Origin: Nibricoccus sp.
GTDB lineage: Bacteria > Verrucomicrobiota > Verrucomicrobiia > Opitutales > Opitutaceae
Reading direction: 5' to 3'
NCBI GenBank assembly: GCA_047602425.1
Contig: JASGHG010000001.1
Location: forward strand, 4,416,001-4,480,000
DNA length: 64,000 nucleotides
The notes below the pieces were generated by a model. It was not told the DNA's origin and made no database searches. It worked only from the letters and a program-made list of their open reading frames with translations. Positions within the stretch are counted from its first letter, which is position 1, and each line of letters starts with the position of its first letter. The position numbers and the translations under genes are program-made. Positions 30,436 through 38,709 of the stretch are shown here, one piece after another.

Positions 30436-30460
30436 CAAAAACGCCTTCCGGAAGGCGTTG
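30436..30460 (-). terminator. Terminator of the EF-G paralogue
   Basis: Palindrome AACGCCTTCCGGAAGGCGTT followed by a T tract on the minus strand. Confidence 0.65.
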
Positions 30461-30467
30461 ACGGGGC

Positions 30468-32546
30468 TTAGCTCGCGAGAGCGTCAATCGTGACGCTCGC
30501 CGGGAGTTGAGCGTAGTGGCAGGGTGTCATCGATTGTTCGGCACGGCCTTTGGACAAGGAGCGGATGTCGACGGCGTAGCCGAAGAGTTCCTGGAGGGGA
30601 ACTTCGGCGGTGATCACGCTCGTTTCCGAGTCGGTTTCGACGTTGCGGATCTGGCCGCGGCGTCGGCTGAGATCGCCGACGATGTTGCCTTGATACTCCA
30701 CGGGCGTGGTGACTTCGACCGCCATGATCGGTTCGAGCAGCACGGGAGCGGCGTCCCGCATGGCCTCTTTGAACGCCATGCGCGCAGCCGTCTTGAAGGC
30801 GAGTTCGGACGAATCGACGGGATGGAACGAACCATCGACGATGCGACAACGCACATCCGTCACGATATAGCCATGGAGTACGCCCTCCTTGAGGGCTTCC
30901 TCGATGCCTTGGATCGTGGGGCGGATGAATTGTTTCGGAATCGCGCCGCCAACGATTTCGTTGACGATGTCATTGCCGTGGCCGGGATGTGGTTCGAGCA
31001 CGACGACGACGTGGCCGTAGTGGCCGCTGCCGCCGCTTTGGTGCTTGAACTCTCCCTCGGCGCGGGCGGCGCGAGTGATCGTTTCACGGAAGGCTATTTG
31101 CGGACGTCCGGCGTTGGTTTTCACGCGGAATTCGCGCAGCATGCGTTCGCGGATGATATCGAGATGCAGTTCACCCATGCCGGACAGGAGGACCTGTCCG
31201 GTCTCGGGATCGGTGCGGGCGCGCAGGGTCGGATCTTCGGCCACGAGCCGTTGCAACGCGAGGCCGAGGCGTTCCTGATCCTCGTTGGTGCTTGGCTCGA
31301 TGGCCAGCGACACCACGGGCTCAGGGAACGTCGGGCGCTCGAGGAAAAGATCGACGTCGGCCGAGAGCGTATCGCCGGTGCTCACGTCTTTGAGACCGAG
31401 CACGGCACAGATATCGCCCGCGATCGCTTGCGGGATGTTTTCCTGAGCGTCCGCGCGCAGGCGCACGAGACGCGTGATGCGTTCGTGGCGTCGGGTGCGT
31501 GGATTGTAGACCGTTTGTCCGGCGCGGAGCATGCCTTGATACACGCGCGTGAAGACGAGCTGACCATTGGGAGTGCTGGTCAACTTGAACGCGAGCGCAA
31601 CCAAAGGCGCTGTCGCGTCGACGCGGAGAGGGAGAGGCTGTTGGTTCTCATCCAGTGCGTGCGGAGTCAGATCGAGCGGGCTGGGCAGATAGTCGACGAC
31701 CGCATCGAGCAGACGCTGCACGCCTTTCTCCTTATAGGCGGAGCCGGGCAGAACGCCGAAGAACGTTTGCGCGATCGTGGCGCGACGAATCGCGGCCTGA
31801 AGATCGTCCGCGGAGATCGGCGAATTGTTGATGAACAATTCGCCCAGCTGCGAATCGACCTCGGCCACGCGCTCGATCAGCGCTTCGCGGGCACGACGAG
31901 CCTCGTCGACGTGCGACGCAGGAATCGTTTCCCAAACTGGCTTCAGGCCGCGAGGGTCGGAAGCGTCGCTTCCGAAGCGGGTGAATTTTTGACGAACGAC
32001 ATCGATGAGGCCAACGAAGTCCTCTTCCGAGCCAATCGGTAGATACAACGGCGCGGCATTGGCGCGAAGACGCTGGTGGATTTCGCTGACGACGCGCGAA
32101 AAGTTGGCGCCGACCTGATCCATCTTGTTGATGAAAATCACGCGCGGCACGCGGTACTTGGTGGCTTGGCGCCAGACGGTTTCGGATTGCGGCTGCACCC
32201 CGGCGACGGCCGAAAAAACAATGACGGCGCCATCGAGCACGCGCATGGAGCGTTCGACCTCGGCGACGAAGTCGATGTGTCCGGGCGTATCGATGATGTT
32301 GATCAAATGGGGCTGCTGAGCGCGTGCGCCCTGATGCGTCGACCAAGTGCTGGAGATGGCGGCGGCGGTGATCGTGATGCCGCGCTGCCGCTCCAGTTCC
32401 ATGTGGTCGGTGACAGTGTTACCGTCGTGCACGTCGCCCATTTTATGGATCGCGCCCGAGTAATAGAGCATGCGTTCAGTGGTGGTCGTCTTGCCTGCGT
32501 CGATATGAGCGGCAATGCCGATGTTGCGGATAAGATGTGTGTTCAT
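30468..32546 (-). CDS. fusA: Elongation factor G, stand-alone paralogue
   Basis: AHIDAGKTT, ERQRGITI, DTPGH, NKMD, GSA, GMGELHL, QSGG.G.YG, HPVDSS; AAAGGAGA RBS before ATG 32546; no rpsL/rpsG/tuf nearby. Confidence 0.93.
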   Translation of the reverse strand: MNTHLIRNIGIAAHIDAGKTTTTERMLYYSGAIHKMGDVHDGNTVTDHMELERQRGITITAAAISSTWSTHQGARAQQPHLINIIDTPGHIDFVAEVERSMRVLDGAVIVFSAVAGVQPQSETVWRQATKYRVPRVIFINKMDQVGANFSRVVSEIHQRLRANAAPLYLPIGSEEDFVGLIDVVRQKFTRFGSDASDPRGLKPVWETIPASHVDEARRAREALIERVAEVDSQLGELFINNSPISADDLQAAIRRATIAQTFFGVLPGSAYKEKGVQRLLDAVVDYLPSPLDLTPHALDENQQPLPLRVDATAPLVALAFKLTSTPNGQLVFTRVYQGMLRAGQTVYNPRTRRHERITRLVRLRADAQENIPQAIAGDICAVLGLKDVSTGDTLSADVDLFLERPTFPEPVVSLAIEPSTNEDQERLGLALQRLVAEDPTLRARTDPETGQVLLSGMGELHLDIIRERMLREFRVKTNAGRPQIAFRETITRAARAEGEFKHQSGGSGHYGHVVVVLEPHPGHGNDIVNEIVGGAIPKQFIRPTIQGIEEALKEGVLHGYIVTDVRCRIVDGSFHPVDSSELAFKTAARMAFKEAMRDAAPVLLEPIMAVEVTTPVEYQGNIVGDLSRRRGQIRNVETDSETSVITAEVPLQELFGYAVDIRSLSKGRAEQSMTPCHYAQLPASVTIDALAS

Positions 32547-32600
32547 AGCGATCTCCTTTGGGAGCGGATGCGCTGAAGGTGCAGCAAAGCTGCGTGGGAA

Positions 32601-32761
32601 ATGCCCGTGAAAGGGCATGAAAAAACCGCCGGGCGAATAAGTGGCACCGGCGGCTACGGCGGGAGATCGGGAATTGCTTAGCGCGAGGCAATGCCAAACC
32701 AACCGCGGTCACCAGCGGTGCCGCACAGGCTGAAGTTTGACAATAAAAGACGGGCTAGCAT
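32601..32761 (-). promoter_or_regulatory. Probable leader-peptide attenuator upstream of the EF-G paralogue
   Basis: uORF 32761-32678 (MLARLLLSNFSLCGTAGDRGWFGIASR), then a CCGCCGG/CCGGCGG hairpin with U6 (32653-32620). Confidence 0.6.
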
Positions 32762-32994
32762 GCGATAACAGGTACTCAGGAAGCGCAACCTGTCAAGTGG
32801 CGCTGGTTCTGTGTCAATGGATCGGTAAGGCGAAGCCCGGACGGCTGAGAGCTACTTACACCCAATGATTGTGCCTTGGCGTTGTACGCGGCTGTAAAAT
32901 GAGCGTGGCGGTCAATCGCTAACCGACCGAGTTCTCGAATGGACCCTCACGTAGAGCGTTCGGACTCCGATCTTCCCGCCGACTCGAATCCAAG

Positions 32995-33013
32995 ATGGTG
33001 GAGCAGACCGGGA
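32995..33013. repeat. Prophage att core, distal copy of the tRNA-Ala 3' end
   Basis: ATGGTGGAGCAGACCGGGA, identical to 48034-48052. Confidence 0.93.
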
Positions 33014-33063
33014 CAGCGATCTGCTCTTATCCGACAGAAAAGTTGCCGAAAAGTTGTCGAAAA

Positions 33064-33687
33064 TTAAGCGGCTGCCGGGCAAGTGTGCGAGTGAGCGTAG
33101 CTTTCTAGCTCGGGTAATGAAGAGTATCCTTCGACTACTTCAGAACGCGCAATTTTTCGGCTCAACCACATTAATGCACGCGCTAAAATATTCACAGACT
33201 TCGTAATTGACCTGATCGAGTCGCGGAGAATGAGCGCCAAGATAGTGGCGGGAAAAAGTGACAAGAACAGAAGTGAAGCGAAAACAGATGAGAAAATGAC
33301 ATAGGAGAGGACGGTGTAGTACGCCTCTTTTCGAGCTTTTTGAATGAACTCTGCGATCTCTTTGTTTTCAGTCGCGAATTTCTCGGTTAACATTTCATTG
33401 ATGCACTGCCGGAGCTCCGAGTTGGTTTTGATCTGGCGATCAATTAAGCTTAGTCGATAAATCGAAACCGTATCGAGAAAACGAATTTGGTTGTTCACTA
33501 GGACGCGCAAATTAATGTATGTCTTATCGGCTAATCCGTGCTCTCGTGACGCGTAGAAGGAACGAACTTTTTCTCGGAGATCAAAGAGCTTATCGCGGTG
33601 ATGATCTAAAACTGTTCGACGGATCATTTTGTTCCAAACGAATAGGAACAGGAGAATACCGAATCCGAATAGTAGTTGTTCATTCAT
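33064..33687 (-). CDS. Prophage cargo membrane protein (207 aa)
   Basis: N-terminal TM and a second hydrophobic segment; AT-rich; overlaps the upstream gene. Confidence 0.7.
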   Translation of the reverse strand: MNEQLLFGFGILLFLFVWNKMIRRTVLDHHRDKLFDLREKVRSFYASREHGLADKTYINLRVLVNNQIRFLDTVSIYRLSLIDRQIKTNSELRQCINEMLTEKFATENKEIAEFIQKARKEAYYTVLSYVIFSSVFASLLFLSLFPATILALILRDSIRSITKSVNILARALMWLSRKIARSEVVEGYSSLPELESYAHSHTCPAAA

Positions 33688-34093
33688 TGTCTTTGGGTGT
33701 TTGACCTGTCGATGTTAGACCGCTGCTGGGTCGGTCGGGATCGTTTTTTTCTGCGATTTTTTGGTAGTGTGCTTTTTCCTGAATGGCCCGTTTTTTCCCT
33801 TTTCTCTCGTACCAATAACCTGCACCACACAGTCCAGCAAGTGCATATCCGAAGATAGTTCCGAGCTTAAATTTTTCTACAAAATTGGAAAGTGCATTAA
33901 TCGATGAGGGATTCTTATCAGACATCGACACACAGCCGTTCATAATGAAATATATCGCCAAAACCGCTGCGGCGCAAATAGCAACGGTCTGGAACAGCTT
34001 AACTACGGATTCGGTTATCCGAGCTATAAGTGATAACTTGCCTATTTCATAGTCCCGCTTATCCATCCCACTGCTTTTTCGTTGGTTAGCCAC
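33680..34093 (-). CDS. Prophage cargo 2-TM membrane protein (137 aa)
   Basis: Two TMs and a C-terminal DPDRPSSGLT..G.TP motif; AT-rich. Confidence 0.7.
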   Translation of the reverse strand: MANQRKSSGMDKRDYEIGKLSLIARITESVVKLFQTVAICAAAVLAIYFIMNGCVSMSDKNPSSINALSNFVEKFKLGTIFGYALAGLCGAGYWYERKGKKRAIQEKAHYQKIAEKNDPDRPSSGLTSTGQTPKDNE

Positions 34094-34108
34094 GAGATCG
34101 CCGTTAGA

Positions 34109-34288
34109 TTATCTTCCGGCTGGCGCTTCAGCAACGAGGCAACCGCTTTCAAAGGGAACAAGAGCGACAAGCTCCGACCCATTGAAAACTGACGTATGGC
34201 CTACTTCCTTGCCTCCAAAGGAGATATGGGAACCTTGTACTGAGGTGACGAGTGTTCCAGTTGAAGTAAATATGTCGTAGGTTTTCAT
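34109..34288 (-). CDS. Small hypothetical protein (59 aa)
   Basis: Hand translation MKTYDIFTSTGTLVTSVQGSHISFGGKEVGHTSVFNGSELVALVPFESGCLVAEAPAGR fills the gap in the operon. Confidence 0.5.
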   Translation of the reverse strand: MKTYDIFTSTGTLVTSVQGSHISFGGKEVGHTSVFNGSELVALVPFESGCLVAEAPAGR

Positions 34289-34320
34289 CGTGTTTTTATA
34301 AGGACTCAGGGCTAAGACTG

Positions 34321-34833
34321 TTACAATTTTAGGTCGCTGAATCCTTTTTGAATCTGTTTGTCAGCGTCCTTTATCATTTCTTCCGCTTTTCGCTGTTCTT
34401 CATTCATTTTTATTACCTTCTGTATCAGACTGTTGCGGAGATTGGCATATTTGCCGTTTGTTCGCTGAATACACTCTTTGACAAACTGATACTTAGTTTC
34501 GAGGTTTACCGGTGAACAGGTAAGAACGAGCACATTCCCTTGGGGATCTACCAAAAGGTCCTTCCTATTCATTCCTGAAGGGACATTATCTAGTTCCTGT
34601 TTTAAGAGTTCACGCCATTGTGGATCAGTAGTTCCATTGAGTTGAAACGAGTAACTCGCGAGATTAGCTTCGGCTCGTTGAGTAGCTTGATTTTTTGCAA
34701 TGATCTTTATCTCTGGGGTATCTAAATACCGATATCTTGGCTGGGCGGGGCGATCTGCAAAAAGGTCGCCATTCTCAATTCTCAAGTACTCTAAGGGGTG
34801 GGCGGGTAGTTGCATGATAATTTTCCTCTCCAT
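34321..34833 (-). CDS. Prophage cargo hypothetical protein with C-terminal coiled coil
   Basis: 170-aa AT-rich ORF with a charged helical C-terminus. Confidence 0.65.
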   Translation of the reverse strand: MERKIIMQLPAHPLEYLRIENGDLFADRPAQPRYRYLDTPEIKIIAKNQATQRAEANLASYSFQLNGTTDPQWRELLKQELDNVPSGMNRKDLLVDPQGNVLVLTCSPVNLETKYQFVKECIQRTNGKYANLRNSLIQKVIKMNEEQRKAEEMIKDADKQIQKGFSDLKL

Positions 34834-34947
34834 TAGGGGTTATCTGAAACTGTATGTATCAGATAGTTAAGGAAACGCTCACATTGCAAGGGTAAATTAT
34901 TTGCTAAAACGGGCTGCGGGTTACATAACGAAATGGGATAATCTGGG

Positions 34948-35244
34948 CTATCCAGCCTTTTTGCCCGTAGCCTTACGGCGCGTTTCTTCGGCAACCAAAC
35001 GGGCGCGGTCTTCGCCTGTTTCGGCGGTGTTGATAACCGCCGAGACGAATTCCTTTTCCGGCAGAAGGCGGATCGGGAACGTGAAATAGCCTTTTTCGCG
35101 GTAAAAGGCGACGGCTGATTCGCCGAGACGGCGGAGTATTTCGGCGGGCTCAAGGCCATGAGTCTTTTTGATGTCAGTCAGTCCCTCTAACAGAGCCTTG
35201 GGCATTTTCAGCGTCATTTGGGCGTCAAAGATTTTTTCAGCCAT
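34948..35244 (-). CDS. Putative ribbon-helix-helix repressor
   Basis: QMTLKMPKALLEGL...PAEILRRL strand-helix-helix pattern; divergent from the early operon; start may be 35244, 35259 or 35274. Confidence 0.55.
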   Translation of the reverse strand: MAEKIFDAQMTLKMPKALLEGLTDIKKTHGLEPAEILRRLGESAVAFYREKGYFTFPIRLLPEKEFVSAVINTAETGEDRARLVAEETRRKATGKKAG

Positions 35245-35266
35245 AGTTAAAGAATTCATAGACTTG

Positions 35267-35320
35267 TGAGACATGCGAGAATTTTACTTGTCTCATAAGT
35301 ATTCTAAGTATTCTGATAAT
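35267..35320. promoter_or_regulatory. Divergent control region with candidate operators
   Basis: Inverted repeat TGAGACA-N15-TGTCTCA (35267-35295) and tandem TAAGTATTC x2 (35296-35313). Confidence 0.5.
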
Positions 35321-35381
35321 ACTGTCGCTCGGTTCGGGAGTAGTTATTTCGCCATAAATACCCCGGACCGATGCGGCCTTT

Positions 35382-35612
35382 ATGGCCGAAATCAAAAAGA
35401 ACTCTGCTGCCGGTCTATCCGGTGTGCTGAAACTCACAGCGCATAGCTTCGCAAGCATCGCCCGTCCGGGTGATGTTTTTTCGTTTGGTGGCAAGCGGTA
35501 CACCGTCGAGTCAGTCAGCCTGTTGCCGGTCATTCTCCGCACAACCTCGCGTGAGACGCTTAGGCCGAATGCAGACGCGGACATTCTGTGGGAAAGGGTG
35601 GGTGACTCATGA
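35382..35612 (+). CDS. Phage hypothetical protein (76 aa)
   Basis: First ORF of the rightward operon; ATGA overlap with the next ORF. Confidence 0.55.
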   Translation: MAEIKKNSAAGLSGVLKLTAHSFASIARPGDVFSFGGKRYTVESVSLLPVILRTTSRETLRPNADADILWERVGDS

Positions 35613-35719
35613 GCGGCTGGGAAATCGCTTTTTGGATTTTGCTTGGTTGGAACCTTAGCGGAGCGCTCTTCGTTGTATCTGCGCTCTGTCTCGGTAAGCG
35701 GAAGGGGAGGGCGTCATGA
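35609..35719 (+). CDS. Small TM protein (36 aa)
   Basis: MSGWEIAFWILLGWNLSGALFVVSALCLGKRKGRAS; ATGA-coupled on both sides. Confidence 0.55.
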   Translation: MSGWEIAFWILLGWNLSGALFVVSALCLGKRKGRAS

Positions 35720-36171
35720 GCGTATGTTGCCTTTTTACCTCGATTTCGGCGTCCGTCTCGATGGCGAAGAAACGCCACGGACTTTGTTGCGAGCGCGGTT
35801 GTTCGAATCCGCGCAAACCCGACCGCCGCCGTTGCCATCGCTGCAATCAACAGCGCTGGCGTGAAGCCCACCCAATCGAAAGCGCTTATGCTAACCTTCG
35901 GATGCACGCTAAAGAGCGCGGCAAGCCGTTTACCCTCACAATCGAACAGTTCCGCGCTTTCTGCGAAAAGACTGGCTATCACAAGCGGGTAGGGGTCTCT
36001 CCGCGCGCATTGACCGTTGACCGCATCGACCCGCGCGATGGATACGAGGCGGGCAATATCCGGCCACTGACGCACCAGAGAAATTCAACCCGCCGAGACA
36101 CGTTCACAGAGGCGGAAATTGCGGCCGCTCGCGAGAGTTGGGCGGCATCTACTGGCCCGGTGGAATTTTGA
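35716..36171 (+). CDS. Zn-finger/HNH-endonuclease-like protein
   Basis: CCERGC...CHRC, then LTVDRIDPRDGYEAGNIRPLTHQRN (beta-beta-alpha-Me-like). Confidence 0.65.
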   Translation: MSVCCLFTSISASVSMAKKRHGLCCERGCSNPRKPDRRRCHRCNQQRWREAHPIESAYANLRMHAKERGKPFTLTIEQFRAFCEKTGYHKRVGVSPRALTVDRIDPRDGYEAGNIRPLTHQRNSTRRDTFTEAEIAAARESWAASTGPVEF

Positions 36172-36174
36172 GCC

Positions 36175-36438
36175 ATGAGCGAAGAGGAAACAGCACGCCT
36201 CGACCGGATAGAAACGCTTTTGCGTGCCGTGCTCTCGAAGCTGGAAGACAGTAGCGCGCTGAATAAAGCGGCCTTCACTCCCGCCGAGTTCGGCGCGCTC
36301 GTGGGGCGTTCCGCGCGTTGGGTGCAAGGCAAGGTATCCATCGGGCTGATACCTCGCGTTAAAGCGGCCGGAACGCGCAACGTGCTGATTCCGGCCTCTG
36401 CGCTCGAATCGTTTCAACAGGGGAGGGCAAAGCTTTGA
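36175..36438 (+). CDS. HTH (excisionase/MerR-like) DNA-binding protein
   Basis: FTPAEFGALVGRSARWV...GLIP...NVLIPASALESF. Confidence 0.7.
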   Translation: MSEEETARLDRIETLLRAVLSKLEDSSALNKAAFTPAEFGALVGRSARWVQGKVSIGLIPRVKAAGTRNVLIPASALESFQQGRAKL

Positions 36439-38228
36439 CACGAGCCGAACAGATTCGCGAGCAAATCGCCAAAAGCGCCGCATGGTGGCGCGATCATGGC
36501 GCGGCAGTTCGTGAATCGAGCGCGCAACGCGAGCGCGAGCACAACGGCCGGATGATTTATGATTTCGATTATCGCGAGCGGGAGAAAACCGCTTCACGCA
36601 TGGCATATGCCTACGCCAGCCGTGCGGGCCTCAATCGGCCGCAACCGAACCGTTCCCATCCTCCGCGCTTTGTAGGTGGTGAATTGGTTCACACGGCGGA
36701 TAAGGTTTCCCTCCTTGGTGATGCTGACGATTCAGCTTTTGAGGAGTACCGTTCGCCGGTCGTTTCGCAGATTCGCCAACACGAGCGCGAAGAGGCGGAA
36801 AAAGACTTTCTTGAGTTCGCCCAGGCGGAAACCGGCATGGAGCTTTCAGACGAAGAGTACCGGAAATTGCGCAAGAAATACCGGCAGACGATGGAACAGA
36901 GCCGCGCGATTGCGGAACGCCTAAAAGGCGTCGGGATTGATCCGTATCGGCATGATGAATACGGGCTTTATATTTGGTGGTTGCACTCGAAAACCTTGGA
37001 GGCACTTCCGAAGTATCGGCGCATTTGTTTACTGCCGTATATCGCCGCCATGACTCGCGCGCCAAAGCTGGCGGCGCTTGAATACTTTATCCAGAGGCAT
37101 CCCTATTCGCGCTTCTGGACTTTCACGACGGGCCGCCGTTGCACCGTCAATGAAATCCCTGAGCGGCTGGATTGGCTGTTCTACAAGCTCCGCGAGTTGA
37201 ACAAAGAGCTGTCTTACCGTTGGGGCTTGCAGATCGTTTTCCGCACAACCGAATTCGGTACGCTGGAAGGCGATGAGCAGGGCAACCGATTTGAGGGCGT
37301 ACAGATCAAAATGGAGTCGGTCGCATGTGGTACGGTTGAGCGTGAGGAGCCGGGCTCGATTGAGCGCAACGAAAAGGGCGAGGCTCTTTATCATCCGCAC
37401 GCGCATTGCGTGATTCACTGCGCTGGCGGTTACATCAAGCCCGACACTTGGCAGCGGGTCATAAAGTTCGTGCATTCCTACTGGCACCGTGACGGCGAGA
37501 AAATTGTTTGGCTCGCAGACGGTGTGATTCGCGACGCGCGCGAGTGCTGCAAGTACGTCACGAAACCGGGCGACATCGTGAAGCTCAGCGATTCCGAGTT
37601 GAGCGCTTTCTACGCGGTTACGGCAAACCGTCGCCTTGTCCGCCCGATGGGTATCCTTGCCGATGAAATCCGCGCGCGGAAAGAGAGCGGTAGAATTTTA
37701 CGCCGTCAGCGGTTGGGGAGCCGTATGCAATGGGCTGAGCGGTTAAACCACAACCGCCTTGATATGCAGACGCCGGGCGAAAAAGAAGCGCTCGAAAACC
37801 TGCAAGACGCCTACGCGCTTACCGAAGAGTGCAAGCGGTTAGCCAACCTAGAGCCCGACATCGGCGGGCGGTTGTTGAGCGGTTCTTTTGCGGTTAATTG
37901 CCGTTCCGTGGAGGTAACGAAGGTTATGGCGCGTATCGGCCCGGCAGCGGGTCCGACGCCTTTTAAAGAACCGCGCGTTATCGTCATGACGAACCGTGCG
38001 ACGCCTGACATGAGCGCCGTTACCGGGCATCCCCTCGTGTTCCGCCTGTGGGCGCAGACCGTCGCAGAGTGGGAGGCCGGGCGGTCGGCCTCTGCCTTAA
38101 TCAAGGTCCACACGGGCACACTAACTGGGGAAGAATTCCAAGGTGACTTGCTCGGGATCGACCCGCCGCCCGATTACGAAAAGCGCTTTGCGCCGTTTCT
38201 CGAAACCGCTCCCGCAATCCTCAACTGA
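36435..38228 (+). CDS. Rolling-circle replication initiator (HUH endonuclease)
   Basis: Motif I FWTFT, motif II HPHAHCVI, motif III ECCKYVTKP; TTG start overlapping the upstream TGA. Confidence 0.82.
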   Translation: MTRAEQIREQIAKSAAWWRDHGAAVRESSAQREREHNGRMIYDFDYREREKTASRMAYAYASRAGLNRPQPNRSHPPRFVGGELVHTADKVSLLGDADDSAFEEYRSPVVSQIRQHEREEAEKDFLEFAQAETGMELSDEEYRKLRKKYRQTMEQSRAIAERLKGVGIDPYRHDEYGLYIWWLHSKTLEALPKYRRICLLPYIAAMTRAPKLAALEYFIQRHPYSRFWTFTTGRRCTVNEIPERLDWLFYKLRELNKELSYRWGLQIVFRTTEFGTLEGDEQGNRFEGVQIKMESVACGTVEREEPGSIERNEKGEALYHPHAHCVIHCAGGYIKPDTWQRVIKFVHSYWHRDGEKIVWLADGVIRDARECCKYVTKPGDIVKLSDSELSAFYAVTANRRLVRPMGILADEIRARKESGRILRRQRLGSRMQWAERLNHNRLDMQTPGEKEALENLQDAYALTEECKRLANLEPDIGGRLLSGSFAVNCRSVEVTKVMARIGPAAGPTPFKEPRVIVMTNRATPDMSAVTGHPLVFRLWAQTVAEWEAGRSASALIKVHTGTLTGEEFQGDLLGIDPPPDYEKRFAPFLETAPAILN

Positions 38229-38230
38229 GC

Positions 38231-38515
38231 ATGAAAACGCCCTTTCCCGCCTTCCGTGTGCAGTGTTGGAGCCAGTCATCGGCCGCCATCTACGCCGTGA
38301 CGGTGTTGGAGGTCGATGAGGTTTCGGAAACCGCTCTTTGCCGTGAATCCATCGGCACAACCGCTCGTGAATTCCGAATCGGTTTTGACCAACTCGCCAC
38401 GACGCCGGAACGGCTCGCGGAGCGGTTAAGCCATTTACTTTCTGCCCTACCTGTACGAGCGCCGAAAACCGCTTTGGCTGTGAAGACTACAGGGAAGGGC
38501 GGTTCTAAAACATGA
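38231..38515 (+). CDS. Phage hypothetical protein (94 aa)
   Basis: Tightly packed in the operon; ATGA overlap with the next gene. Confidence 0.6.
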   Translation: MKTPFPAFRVQCWSQSSAAIYAVTVLEVDEVSETALCRESIGTTAREFRIGFDQLATTPERLAERLSHLLSALPVRAPKTALAVKTTGKGGSKT

Positions 38516-38709
38516 AACTGCCAGCATCACCTGAACCGCTCGCGCCGAAAGATTTGGCGCTACTGATAAACCGCTCTGAGCGCTGGGTCCGTCGTCAATG
38601 CCATGCCGGGAAAATCAAAGTTCTCCCGGTTGGCGTTCCGTACCGGATACCGCGCACGGAAGCGGAGCGCTTTCTTCAACCCTCTGAAACCGCTCGCAAA
38701 AAACCATGA
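38512..38709 (+). CDS. Excisionase-like HTH protein
   Basis: LAPKDLALLINRSERWVRRQCHAGKIK...YRIPRTEAERFL, HTH_17-type pattern. Confidence 0.78.
   Translation: MKLPASPEPLAPKDLALLINRSERWVRRQCHAGKIKVLPVGVPYRIPRTEAERFLQPSETARKKP

Noticed and set aside
32995..33013. Second tRNA gene
   Set aside because: Only the 3' end of the tRNA matches; the sequence beyond it does not form a cloverleaf, so it is the att duplicate
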